Assembly (NCBI GenBank): GCA_944358385.1
Contig: CALVQW010000005.1
Coordinates: 486 to 64,485, forward strand
Source of the DNA: an uncultured Clostridia bacterium
GTDB lineage: Bacteria > Bacillota > Clostridia > Christensenellales > CAG-917
Length of the DNA stretch: 64,000 nt
Direction of reading: 5' to 3'
Shown: in pieces, positions 49,162 through 57,850 of the stretch
Position numbering within the stretch: the stretch's first letter is position 1
Layout of the letters: each line of letters opens with the position of its first letter
Notes under the pieces: generated by a model
Databases searched by the model: none
Told to the model about the DNA's origin: nothing
What the model saw: the letters and a program-made list of their open reading frames with translations, nothing else
Position numbers and translations under genes: made by a program

Positions 49162-50937
49162 ATGGCGAATGCGGAACTGAAAAACGTATGCAAGATCTAT
49201 GAGGGCGGCGTCAAAGCCGTCAACGACTTCAACCTGGCGATAGACGACAAGGAGTTCGTCGTTTTCGTAGGACCGTCCGGATGCGGCAAGTCCACCACGC
49301 TCAGAATGATCGCGGGACTTGAGGAGATCACGTCCGGCACGCTCTACATCGACGGCGTGCTCATGAACGATGTCGAGCCTAAGGACAGAGACATCTCCAT
49401 GGTCTTCCAAAACTACGCGCTTTATCCTCATATGTCCGTGTATGAGAATATGGCGTTCTCCTTGCGCATAAAGAAACTCCCGAAGGACGAGATAGACCGC
49501 CGTGTCAAGGAGGCGGCGGAGATCCTCGGCATCACGGAATATCTCGACCGCAAGCCCAAGGCACTTTCGGGCGGGCAGCGTCAGCGCGTCGCTCTCGGCA
49601 GAGCCATCGTGCGCGAGCCGAAGCTTTTCCTTTTGGACGAGCCTCTCTCTAACCTCGATGCAAAACTCCGCGTGCAAATGCGTTCCGAGATCATCAAGCT
49701 CCACCAGAGGCTTCAGACCACGTTTGTCTATGTCACTCACGATCAGACTGAAGCCATGACCATGGGCACTCGCATCGTCGTCATGAAGGACGGCTACATC
49801 ATGCAGGTGGACACTCCGTCCAATCTCTACGACCATCCCGCCAACGATTTTGTCGCCACTTTCCTCGGTTCGCCGCAGATGAATCTTTTTGACGCCGTCA
49901 TTGAAAGGGCAGGGGAAGGACTTGTTGTCAGACTTGCAGAGTTCGACGACGATGGCAACGAGATCCCGTCGGAGAAGAACATCACACTCAAAGTGCCGCC
50001 CCTCAAAGCGGGACAACTTGTGGATGAAAGTTATATCGGGAAGAAAGTCACTTTCGGCATTCGCCCCGAGGACATCAAGGAGAGCGAAGAGGGCGTCGAC
50101 GGAGCCATCGGCGTCACGGCGGAGATCGTGGAAAAGCTCGGCAACGAGACGCTCGTTTATACGCACATCACGGGCAGGAAGGACTACGCCATCGCAAGCT
50201 ATGCCGCCCGCACTCCCGTCCTTATCGACGGCGTGTCGTATATGCGATTCGACATGGATCGCATGCACCTCTTCGATGCAAAGAGCGGTGAATCGCTGCT
50301 GCGCATCCCCGAGGTGAATCTTCTCGATGTCGATGTAAAATGCGAAGAGGATGCGGTCGTACTCTCCGAGGGCAGGTTCCACTCCGAGGAGTTGAAAAAC
50401 CGTCTCGTAATGTCCGCCGGCGAGGACGCAAAGATCGGTCTGCGCTCGGAAGGCATAGGGTTTGAAGAGCGCGAAAACGCCCTTGCCGTTCCCGTTACGG
50501 TCGACGAGGTGATAGATTACGGCGCGTACAAAGCGGTCTATTCGCATACGGCGGCAGGGCAGCGTGTGGTCGTCAAAGCCGATGCTGAGGCTCTTGTCCC
50601 CGCCGAAGGGGAAGCGACGGTGTATGCTCCCGTCGAAGCCATCGACATATTTGCCGCAGACGGATCGAGACTCACCGCACGGCGCGAGTTTGCTCATCCC
50701 GTACATGAGGATGCCGCCGTCGTGCGCAGCGGCAGAGTATATCGCATCAACGCTGTCGTCGAAGGCGTTAAGCGTAGCCTCGCTTGTCGAGTCACAGCCC
50801 TCGATGTGTTCGGCGAAAAGACGCTCATGACTGTGCGTGCGAACAAGAGCGGGGAGGTCTATTCCTTCGCCGCACAAACCGATACTGCTTATTATGAAGG
50901 CATGGCGATCTACATCACCCCGCCGCGCCAAAAATGA
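49162..50937 (+). CDS. sugar ABC ATPase (MalK/MsmX-like) with an extended C-terminus
   Basis: GPSGCGKST, LSGGQRQR, LLDEPLSNLD, YVTHDQ; about 210 extra residues after HLFDAKSGESL. Confidence 0.93.
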   Translation: MANAELKNVCKIYEGGVKAVNDFNLAIDDKEFVVFVGPSGCGKSTTLRMIAGLEEITSGTLYIDGVLMNDVEPKDRDISMVFQNYALYPHMSVYENMAFSLRIKKLPKDEIDRRVKEAAEILGITEYLDRKPKALSGGQRQRVALGRAIVREPKLFLLDEPLSNLDAKLRVQMRSEIIKLHQRLQTTFVYVTHDQTEAMTMGTRIVVMKDGYIMQVDTPSNLYDHPANDFVATFLGSPQMNLFDAVIERAGEGLVVRLAEFDDDGNEIPSEKNITLKVPPLKAGQLVDESYIGKKVTFGIRPEDIKESEEGVDGAIGVTAEIVEKLGNETLVYTHITGRKDYAIASYAARTPVLIDGVSYMRFDMDRMHLFDAKSGESLLRIPEVNLLDVDVKCEEDAVVLSEGRFHSEELKNRLVMSAGEDAKIGLRSEGIGFEERENALAVPVTVDEVIDYGAYKAVYSHTAAGQRVVVKADAEALVPAEGEATVYAPVEAIDIFAADGSRLTARREFAHPVHEDAAVVRSGRVYRINAVVEGVKRSLACRVTALDVFGEKTLMTVRANKSGEVYSFAAQTDTAYYEGMAIYITPPRQK

Positions 50938-51381
50938 CCTCTGTCGAGCCGACATAGCAACAACGGCAGTTCCGACGCCGTAGCTAACGGTATAGCCTTT
51001 GCGCGGTGCCTCGCCTTTGGTCAGGCAATGCCGCCTGTCACTGCGTGTGGTCAACACCCGGCGCGTCCTACGATCGGTCGCGCAAAATAAATTCTTGCAT
51101 CTCATATTTTCCCCCTCGGCGGCGGACGCTTCCCTCCTTATAATGCGCCCGCCGCCGTTCTATGATTCGATTTTCTATCCTTACGTTCCACCACACAGCC
51201 GCAAGGCATCATTAGCGACACCCCGCAAGTTTTTGCGGGGTGTTTGCGTTTGTGCCTGCGGCTGTGTCTACGCGTCGCAAAAATACGGACGTTCGCCCCG
51301 CTCCTCGTTCCTCTGCGTTGCGCCGGAACTATCGCGTTGCTCTCTGATTTTTGCTCCGCGGGATGGCGGCTACTGCCGCCA

Positions 51382-51718
51382 TTTGCGTGTCTCGGATCTC
51401 GGTCACGTACGCCAAGTACGCTCCCTCATCCTCGCACTTAAAATGACGCACACGGGGTCCCCGTAAAGTACCGGAGCAAGCTTTGCGCGCGAGGACACTT
51501 TATGGGGTTTCATCGCATCCCCTCATTGCGTTTGGGCAATCAGATAGGTTCGATCTTCTGTCGATTTACTCCACCAGAAAACCCACTGTTTAGTGGGTTT
51601 TTTCATGTTCCCGAAATCGTTCACTTTGTAAACTTGACATCAAAATCGCATCGAAATGATGTCAAAAATGATGTCAAATTTGATGTCAAAAATGATGTCA
51701 GAATTCCGGGAGAAAATC
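51382..51718 (+). repeat. about 330-bp direct repeat, copy 2 (four TGATGTCA direct copies plus one inverted)
   Basis: Aligns with 40688-41013. Confidence 0.95.
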
Positions 51719-51778
51719 ACCAATTAATTAAACACTTGCCGTTGTGCCATATACAAATTCCAAAACTTCATATGTTTA

Positions 51779-51807
51779 TTGACTATATTAGGAAGGTTTG
51801 CTAAAAT
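51779..51807 (+). promoter_or_regulatory. sigma70 promoter of the defence operon
   Basis: TTGACT-17 bp-TAAAAT with extended TG. Confidence 0.65.
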
Positions 51808-51839
51808 ATTGTTAATCGAATGCTAATTGAGGTGATAGG

Positions 51840-52040
51840 ATGACATATCCCGAAAAATTGAAATACGCACGAGAGAAATTGTTTCTCACGCAGGGCGAAG
51901 TGGCGGAACGGCTCGGCGTAAATACCGTTACCGTGTGCAGGTGGGAAACGGGGAAAAGCGAGCCTAACATAAAGGCAAAAAAAGCCATTTCCGTGTTCTG
52001 CGAACAGAACTGGATAAAATTCAATGACAATGAAGCCTAA
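51840..52040 (+). CDS. small XRE-family HTH regulator (R-M controller-like position)
   Basis: LKYAREKLFLTQGEVAERLGVNTVTVCRWETGKSEP. Confidence 0.9.
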   Translation: MTYPEKLKYAREKLFLTQGEVAERLGVNTVTVCRWETGKSEPNIKAKKAISVFCEQNWIKFNDNEA

Positions 52041-52470
52041 AACGCGTGAGGCGGTGGCGCGCAATATGCGCAGTAATAAGTGCAAGGACACAAAGCCGGA
52101 GCTGATGTTGCGCAAAGAGCTGTGGGGGCGCGGTTTGCGTTATCGCAAGAATTACAAGCCTCTCGATGGAAAACCGGACTTGGTTTTCCTCCGTGCACGG
52201 ATCGCCGTGTTCGTGGATGGCAAGATGTGGCACGGATATGATTGGGAACATCAAAAGTCGGAGTTCAAAAGCCATCGCGACTTTTGGATCCCGAAGATAG
52301 AGAGAAACATGGAACGCGATCGAGAAGTGACGGAGGCATTGACCGAACAGGGCTGGACGGTGCTACGCTTTTGGGACTTTGAGGTCAAAAAAGATGTTGT
52401 GTCATGCGCGGATAAAATAGAAGAAATATATCGCAAAAGAATTTCGGAGGAAGAAAAAACTAATGCCTAA
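52024..52470 (+). CDS. vsr: very-short-patch repair endonuclease
   Basis: NMRSNKCKDTKPE, GKPDLVF, AVFVDG..WHG, FW.PKI.RN.ERD, GWTVLRFW; start 52024 or 52030. Confidence 0.93.
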   Translation: MTMKPKTREAVARNMRSNKCKDTKPELMLRKELWGRGLRYRKNYKPLDGKPDLVFLRARIAVFVDGKMWHGYDWEHQKSEFKSHRDFWIPKIERNMERDREVTEALTEQGWTVLRFWDFEVKKDVVSCADKIEEIYRKRISEEEKTNA

Positions 52471-53332
52471 ACAGAAGAATTTGCAAGTTCCGAATTACGC
52501 GACGCTGATTGAAGCTACATATAGAGCATTGAAAGAACTCGGAGGTTCGGGGCGTAATGACGAAATAAACAAAAAAGTTTATCAGATTCTGGAATTGCCG
52601 GACAGTGTGCTGGAAATTTTGCATACCGGAAGGACAACTTTTAGTGAAGTCGATTATCGACTGGCATGGGCAAGGACTTTGCTGAAAAATTACGGGGCGA
52701 TTGTAAATTCCGCGCGTAGAGTATGGGTCATATCTCCCGAATATACAAGTGTCGAAAAGGTTTCCGGCGAAGAGGTGGAAAAATGCAGAAACATTTCGGA
52801 AATATCTGTTAAATCGGGCAACGATCGAGAAAAGCATTCTAAGGATGCCTCGCAGGACGATGATTTTATTGAAGCAAAAACATGGCGACAGCGCGTATAT
52901 GAAATTCTAATGAATATGAATCCGTATGCATTTGAGCGTTTAACCCAGCGATTATTGCGTGAAAGCGGTTTTACCGATGTGGAAGTAACCAAACGCTCGG
53001 GTGACGGAGGAATTGACGGATACGGAAAGCTAAAAATAAACGGAATAATCGGTTTTAATATAGCGTTTCAGTGCAAGCGTTATCAGGGAACGGTCGGCGC
53101 TCCCGAAATCAGAGATTTCAGGGGGTCACTTACGCGCAACATAGAAAAGGGCTTATTCGTAACGACCGGGACATTTTCATCTGCGGCAAAAGAAGAGGCC
53201 GCTAATATTGGCAAACAGCAAATTGATCTGGTTGATGGTGAGGCATTACTCGACATGCTTGCGGAATATTCAATCGGGTTGAGAGAAGTCAAAGACTACG
53301 AAGTGGATGAAGAGTATTTCACTTCCATATAG
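52463..53332 (+). CDS. mrr: Mrr-family restriction endonuclease
   Basis: N-terminal winged helix (YRLAWARTLLK), FERL..RLL..SGF, SGDGGIDG, QCKRY, GLFVTTGTFS..A, IDLVDGE.L. Confidence 0.9.
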   Translation: MPKQKNLQVPNYATLIEATYRALKELGGSGRNDEINKKVYQILELPDSVLEILHTGRTTFSEVDYRLAWARTLLKNYGAIVNSARRVWVISPEYTSVEKVSGEEVEKCRNISEISVKSGNDREKHSKDASQDDDFIEAKTWRQRVYEILMNMNPYAFERLTQRLLRESGFTDVEVTKRSGDGGIDGYGKLKINGIIGFNIAFQCKRYQGTVGAPEIRDFRGSLTRNIEKGLFVTTGTFSSAAKEEAANIGKQQIDLVDGEALLDMLAEYSIGLREVKDYEVDEEYFTSI

Positions 53333-53344
53333 GAGGATGCCCCC

Positions 53345-53467
53345 ATGAGGTTTAAGAGCATAGACTTGTTCGCGGGGATCGGTGGAATCAGGCTCGGATT
53401 CGATCAGGCATTCGGCGAAGAGATCGAAACGGTGTTCGTCAGCGAACGGGATGAGTTCGCTCGCTAA
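53345..53467 (+). pseudogene. truncated C5-cytosine DNA methyltransferase (40 aa)
   Basis: AGGAGG RBS, MRFKSIDLFAGIGGIRLGFDQAFGEEIETVFVSERDEFAR* contains motif I only. Confidence 0.9.
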
Positions 53468-53528
53468 AACACAATTTTCAGAGATATATTAGCGAAGGCG
53501 GAATGAACTTCACAAAAATACTTTTGAT

Positions 53529-53539
53529 GGGGGGGGGGG
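53529..53539 (+). repeat. G11 homopolymer at the start/RBS of the DrmE-like gene
   Basis: ATGGGGGGGGGGGAGATAATG. Confidence 0.9.
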
Positions 53540-53544
53540 AGATA

Positions 53545-56160
53545 ATGAGAAAGAAAACCGTAACGGAATTGCTCTCTGAGTTCAAAAAAGAGCACCCATT
53601 GTATGATGAACTGAAATTTGAAGGGCAGGGTGGCATTCCGGAGGCACTACATCCGATTTTTGTGTTCACTCAGGCCATAATAGAGAATCTCGCAAGTAAA
53701 GGGGAACAAAAAGTCGCAATTGTTTTACCGGATAATGCCGAGATAATTCCGCTTGTAGTGATGGATTGCATGGCTCGAATGGCCGAAGACGTTCATTATA
53801 CCGAAAATGTATTCGATAATATTGTTCCCGGGGATCATTTAAGCATAAAAAAAGCCGTTATCGAGTTTAAGGGAATAGATTATGATGCCGGGACAGTGTC
53901 TTATGTTGTCGGCAGGCAGACGTCGGATTCCGGTGCTGCAGTAATGACTAAAAATTTTGATAGCCCTATCGTTAGAGCAATCCAATATTATGCCGAAAAG
54001 ACAGAAAAGGAGGTTTCCTCATTCAAGGCATACTCAAAAATGGCGGAGGCGGTTAAACAAGAATTTGCATCGGGAGATTCGGACATCATCAAAATGATCA
54101 AAGGCAAACGTACTTTGCTTAAGAAGACGATTGTTTTGATGACGCAGAAAGTTGATCTCAGAAGTTATTTTGAAGAAGTAAATGTAAGTGGAATGCCTAT
54201 CGAAGACGTTGTCTCATTCGGCAAGGTAAATAACAACAGTAAGCGCGGCTATGAATTTTACAACAGCGGGAAACTTCGAGGGATTCCTGCAATTACAGCG
54301 ACAACCGATATGTCGGAAACGGCGGACGCAATAAAGATATTTGAAAATCAAGTTGAAAAAATTTATGTGGCACCCGAAAAAAGCGATGAGATTGTTGAAG
54401 ATGACTATAATTTAAAAAAATGCCTGAAGTTAAAAATACCTGTGATAGTATTTTTATATGAGAAGGACATCAAAAATTATACAAGCCTGAAAGCCTATGG
54501 TTTTAAGATATGGCATTGGAAGCCTGCAACGATGAAGAGTGAGGCGTTTTTAACCGACTCGATCGAGCCGAAAGCCGTTTTATTCGGTCAACTTGCTCAA
54601 AAAGTTAATTGTGCCTCATTTGCCGAGATCAAAGCAGAGTCATTTGAAGACATAAGTTTAAGACAATGCGGAAATATGTTGTATGATATATCACCCCGGG
54701 TAAAAGACTATGCGACCGACGTTCAGAAAGTTATCAATAAACTGTGGAAATTTTACAAGTCCTATGAACGGATCTGCTACATTGACGATAAAGAGAGGGA
54801 TAATCTTGTACAAATGGTGTCGGAAATAGGGACGGAATGGAGCGCGATTTCCGCTTCTTATGTCGGGCAAACTATGCAAAAAACCATTGACGACATTATT
54901 GCTATTGAGATGACACTCGCAATATCGGAAAAGAATAAGAAACAAGAGAAGTTAAAGCGAGTGTTGGAAGAGCTTTGCGAGAATGCCGTTGTTATAATCC
55001 CGTATGAGTGCAAAAATTTGATCGGGGTGCAACAATTTGTTGAGCGTGTTTCCGGTGGGAAGGCGGTTGCCCATTTGCTCTCGGAATTTGCACACTGGCA
55101 AGACGACCGGTTTGAGTCCTACTCAAAGGTGATCGTGCCATGGTTTGATAAAAAACATTACACCGATATTAAACAATTATATTGTTACGATACACTCATA
55201 TTTCTGCTCTATGACTTTGAGAATAAGCGAAGAGGGAGGTGGGTGTCCTATATCGACAAACTTGTGCCGTATGACGATGTAAAAACTGTCGCGGATGTGA
55301 TTGGTATTGCGGATACCGACTATTACGATCGCCCAATAGACGAAGTCAATTCGTCTCCGGAGGATGTGCCGATAGAAGATTATGATTTCCGCGACAGCAT
55401 CAATATGAATTTCTTCAGGGCGAGATGCGGTGCGACATCAAGGCAGGCGGACGGAGCCGAGCAGGTCGAAAGCATATTAATAGAATTTGACGGAGAAAAG
55501 TACGGGTATTTTTATCCTACCTATAAAGTTTTCGACATTACAAAAATAGCAAACGGCACAACTGTCGAAGCGGATAGCAAAGAAGCAAAAGATCTTAAGT
55601 CCGGAGATATTATTGCGGAGCATTCCGGGACAAGAGACATGATCCGTGAGATCGCGGACAAAAAGATGCGGCAGGAAGGCAAGTCCGCGTTCAGAGGTTT
55701 TGCGCAAAAATGGTTCGATTTACTCCTAAAAGTAGCGCAAGGGCGTACGATACCCGAACTCCAAGAAACATTGAATAGGTATGGCGCAGAATGTAGCAGT
55801 CAGCAATGCAGGGTGTGGTTATCCGGTGAAACAATCATGCCGCGCAAGCCGGAAGTGTTGAAAGCCATCGGTGCGGCGGCGGAAGAGATCGGGGAACCGA
55901 GTGCGCCGGAATTCATTGGCGATGCGGACAGGATTTTTGCGTGCGGAAGCGAGATCCACGGTTATCATCTAAAAGCCGGTAGGGAATTAAAAGCCAAGCT
56001 GGCAAAAAAAGCGGACGACATTAGACAATGTGTCAAAAGCGGAAAGATGGAAAGCGCGATAGACGGCGTCGGAGCGATCCGCATATATCGTGTAGAGTCG
56101 GTCGCTCCCGACAGATATTATGTCGAGCGCGCAAAACTCAACAGGATAGAGGAGAATTGA
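53545..56160 (+). CDS. drmE: DISARM DrmE-like protein
   Basis: About 870-aa protein leading a drmA/drmB/MTase operon; C-terminal DLKSGDII...RDMIREIAD region; start could be 53503, 53527 or 53545; family call mostly from position. Confidence 0.6.
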   Translation: MRKKTVTELLSEFKKEHPLYDELKFEGQGGIPEALHPIFVFTQAIIENLASKGEQKVAIVLPDNAEIIPLVVMDCMARMAEDVHYTENVFDNIVPGDHLSIKKAVIEFKGIDYDAGTVSYVVGRQTSDSGAAVMTKNFDSPIVRAIQYYAEKTEKEVSSFKAYSKMAEAVKQEFASGDSDIIKMIKGKRTLLKKTIVLMTQKVDLRSYFEEVNVSGMPIEDVVSFGKVNNNSKRGYEFYNSGKLRGIPAITATTDMSETADAIKIFENQVEKIYVAPEKSDEIVEDDYNLKKCLKLKIPVIVFLYEKDIKNYTSLKAYGFKIWHWKPATMKSEAFLTDSIEPKAVLFGQLAQKVNCASFAEIKAESFEDISLRQCGNMLYDISPRVKDYATDVQKVINKLWKFYKSYERICYIDDKERDNLVQMVSEIGTEWSAISASYVGQTMQKTIDDIIAIEMTLAISEKNKKQEKLKRVLEELCENAVVIIPYECKNLIGVQQFVERVSGGKAVAHLLSEFAHWQDDRFESYSKVIVPWFDKKHYTDIKQLYCYDTLIFLLYDFENKRRGRWVSYIDKLVPYDDVKTVADVIGIADTDYYDRPIDEVNSSPEDVPIEDYDFRDSINMNFFRARCGATSRQADGAEQVESILIEFDGEKYGYFYPTYKVFDITKIANGTTVEADSKEAKDLKSGDIIAEHSGTRDMIREIADKKMRQEGKSAFRGFAQKWFDLLLKVAQGRTIPELQETLNRYGAECSSQQCRVWLSGETIMPRKPEVLKAIGAAAEEIGEPSAPEFIGDADRIFACGSEIHGYHLKAGRELKAKLAKKADDIRQCVKSGKMESAIDGVGAIRIYRVESVAPDRYYVERAKLNRIEEN

Positions 56161-56161
56161 A

Positions 56162-57850
56162 ATGGCAAAGATGTATCCCGCGTCATTTCTCGATGTTAAC
56201 AAAAGTTCGGGCGAGCGTAAAGTTTTTGAGCATTTCAAAAATGATGCACCGAAGGATTGGATCGTACTGCATTCTTTTAGGTTGCCCGAACACAGGACGG
56301 TCGTTTTCGGAGAGGCGGATTTTATCGTTATTGCTCCGAATTTTGGTGTGTTTGTGTTAGAGGTGAAGTCGGGCGGGGTCGGCTTTGATGGAACAAATTG
56401 GATTTTTAGGAATCGAAACGGGAAAGAGAATTTAAAACATAGAGGACCTTTTCAACAAGCGAATGATGCGATGTTTAAGGTTTCGGACATAGTGACGCGC
56501 AGGCTCGGTGAAAGCTATGATAGACGCCATATACTATATGGATACGGTGTTATATTTACCGACGAAACCGATTTCCCGAGAGAAGCCATCGTCGAAGACG
56601 AGCCCTGGAGGTTGTATCAAAAAAGCGACGGAACCGATTACAGCAAGTTCGTTGCCGATTTGTCGGTAAATTTTGCAAAAGAGCTTAGGTCGCTGAGAAA
56701 AAATGTGCCGGGAAAATTGACTGTGGTCGACGCCCAAAAAATACAGAGTTGTTTGCGCCCTGAGGTTGAGTGCATCGTGCCGCTTAAGAGCTTTTTGGAT
56801 GACAGCGAAGATGGGATATTGCGACTCACAAACGAACAATACGATTGTTTGGACGAGTTGCGAGAGAATGTGCGTGTCGTGGCATTAGGCGGCGCGGGTA
56901 CGGGTAAGACATTGATTGCCGCTCAAGCCGCGAGAGCAGCCGCAGCTGCGGGAGAAAGAGTCGGCCTGCTTTGTTTCAACCGAAATCTGTCGGAGTATTT
57001 GAGATATAATTTGGCGTCGACCGATGTGGAAGTAAACACTCTGCATTCACTTATGCAAAAGACGGCAAAGGTCTATGAAGATGAAGCAGGGGGCGATTTT
57101 TTTGAAAAAGAACTGCCCGAAAAAGCCTGCGCCGCGTTAAACGGAGCAATTTTTGATAGGTTGATCGTCGATGAATTTCAGGATATCTGCATTCCCGAGT
57201 ACCTGGCGTTTTTGGACGGGATTCTGAAAGGCGGGTTGCGTGACGGGAAGTTTGCGTTTTTCGGAGATTTCTCGGGCCAGGCAATATATAACAGGCGTGC
57301 GGCACCGACGCATCTAAATGTGTATGTCCCATATTATGCTGTCAAACATTTGACGGTCAACTGCCGAAACACGGAATCCATCGGGAAGGAGGTAGTTGCG
57401 ATTACAGGATATACCGAGCAAAAATATTTGCTCAAAGTGCAAGGCGAGCCTGTCGATTATATCGGGTGGGAAGATATAGAGGAAGAAAAATGCAGGATAA
57501 AAGAGCTACTTAAAAGCTTAAACACACAAGGATTGTCCGGCGAGTCGGTCGTAATATTGTCGCCGCGTAAAAGAGAGAATTCGGTCGTCGGACAACTGGA
57601 TCGGTATGGATATTTTATCGGTGATTACGGGCAGAAGGACGGGGAGGTACAAGCGTATTTCTCCACCATACATTCTTTCAAAGGTTTGGAGAGTAGGATA
57701 GTGATACTGGTGGACATAGACGGCTATGACGATGTAAAATTAATGTATACGGCACTAAGCAGAGCCAGAAACAAGCTGTATGTGTTTGAAAACAGAAATG
57801 CGTACGAACAGCGAAAAGAGAGAGCGTTGAGAGGTGCGAGTTATGAGTGA
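56162..57850 (+). CDS. NERD nuclease fused to an SF1 (UvrD-like) helicase
   Basis: SSGERKVF, GEADFIVI, LEVKSG (NERD); GGAGTGKT, IVDEFQD, NCRNT, TIHSFKGLE, YTALSRA. Confidence 0.92.
   Translation: MAKMYPASFLDVNKSSGERKVFEHFKNDAPKDWIVLHSFRLPEHRTVVFGEADFIVIAPNFGVFVLEVKSGGVGFDGTNWIFRNRNGKENLKHRGPFQQANDAMFKVSDIVTRRLGESYDRRHILYGYGVIFTDETDFPREAIVEDEPWRLYQKSDGTDYSKFVADLSVNFAKELRSLRKNVPGKLTVVDAQKIQSCLRPEVECIVPLKSFLDDSEDGILRLTNEQYDCLDELRENVRVVALGGAGTGKTLIAAQAARAAAAAGERVGLLCFNRNLSEYLRYNLASTDVEVNTLHSLMQKTAKVYEDEAGGDFFEKELPEKACAALNGAIFDRLIVDEFQDICIPEYLAFLDGILKGGLRDGKFAFFGDFSGQAIYNRRAAPTHLNVYVPYYAVKHLTVNCRNTESIGKEVVAITGYTEQKYLLKVQGEPVDYIGWEDIEEEKCRIKELLKSLNTQGLSGESVVILSPRKRENSVVGQLDRYGYFIGDYGQKDGEVQAYFSTIHSFKGLESRIVILVDIDGYDDVKLMYTALSRARNKLYVFENRNAYEQRKERALRGASYE

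Noticed and set aside
50940-51070. HDV-like ribozyme or other structured RNA after the ABC ATPase
   Set aside because: A GCAAC-stem-GCTAA fragment is present, but I could not build the required P1/P2/P3 pairings.
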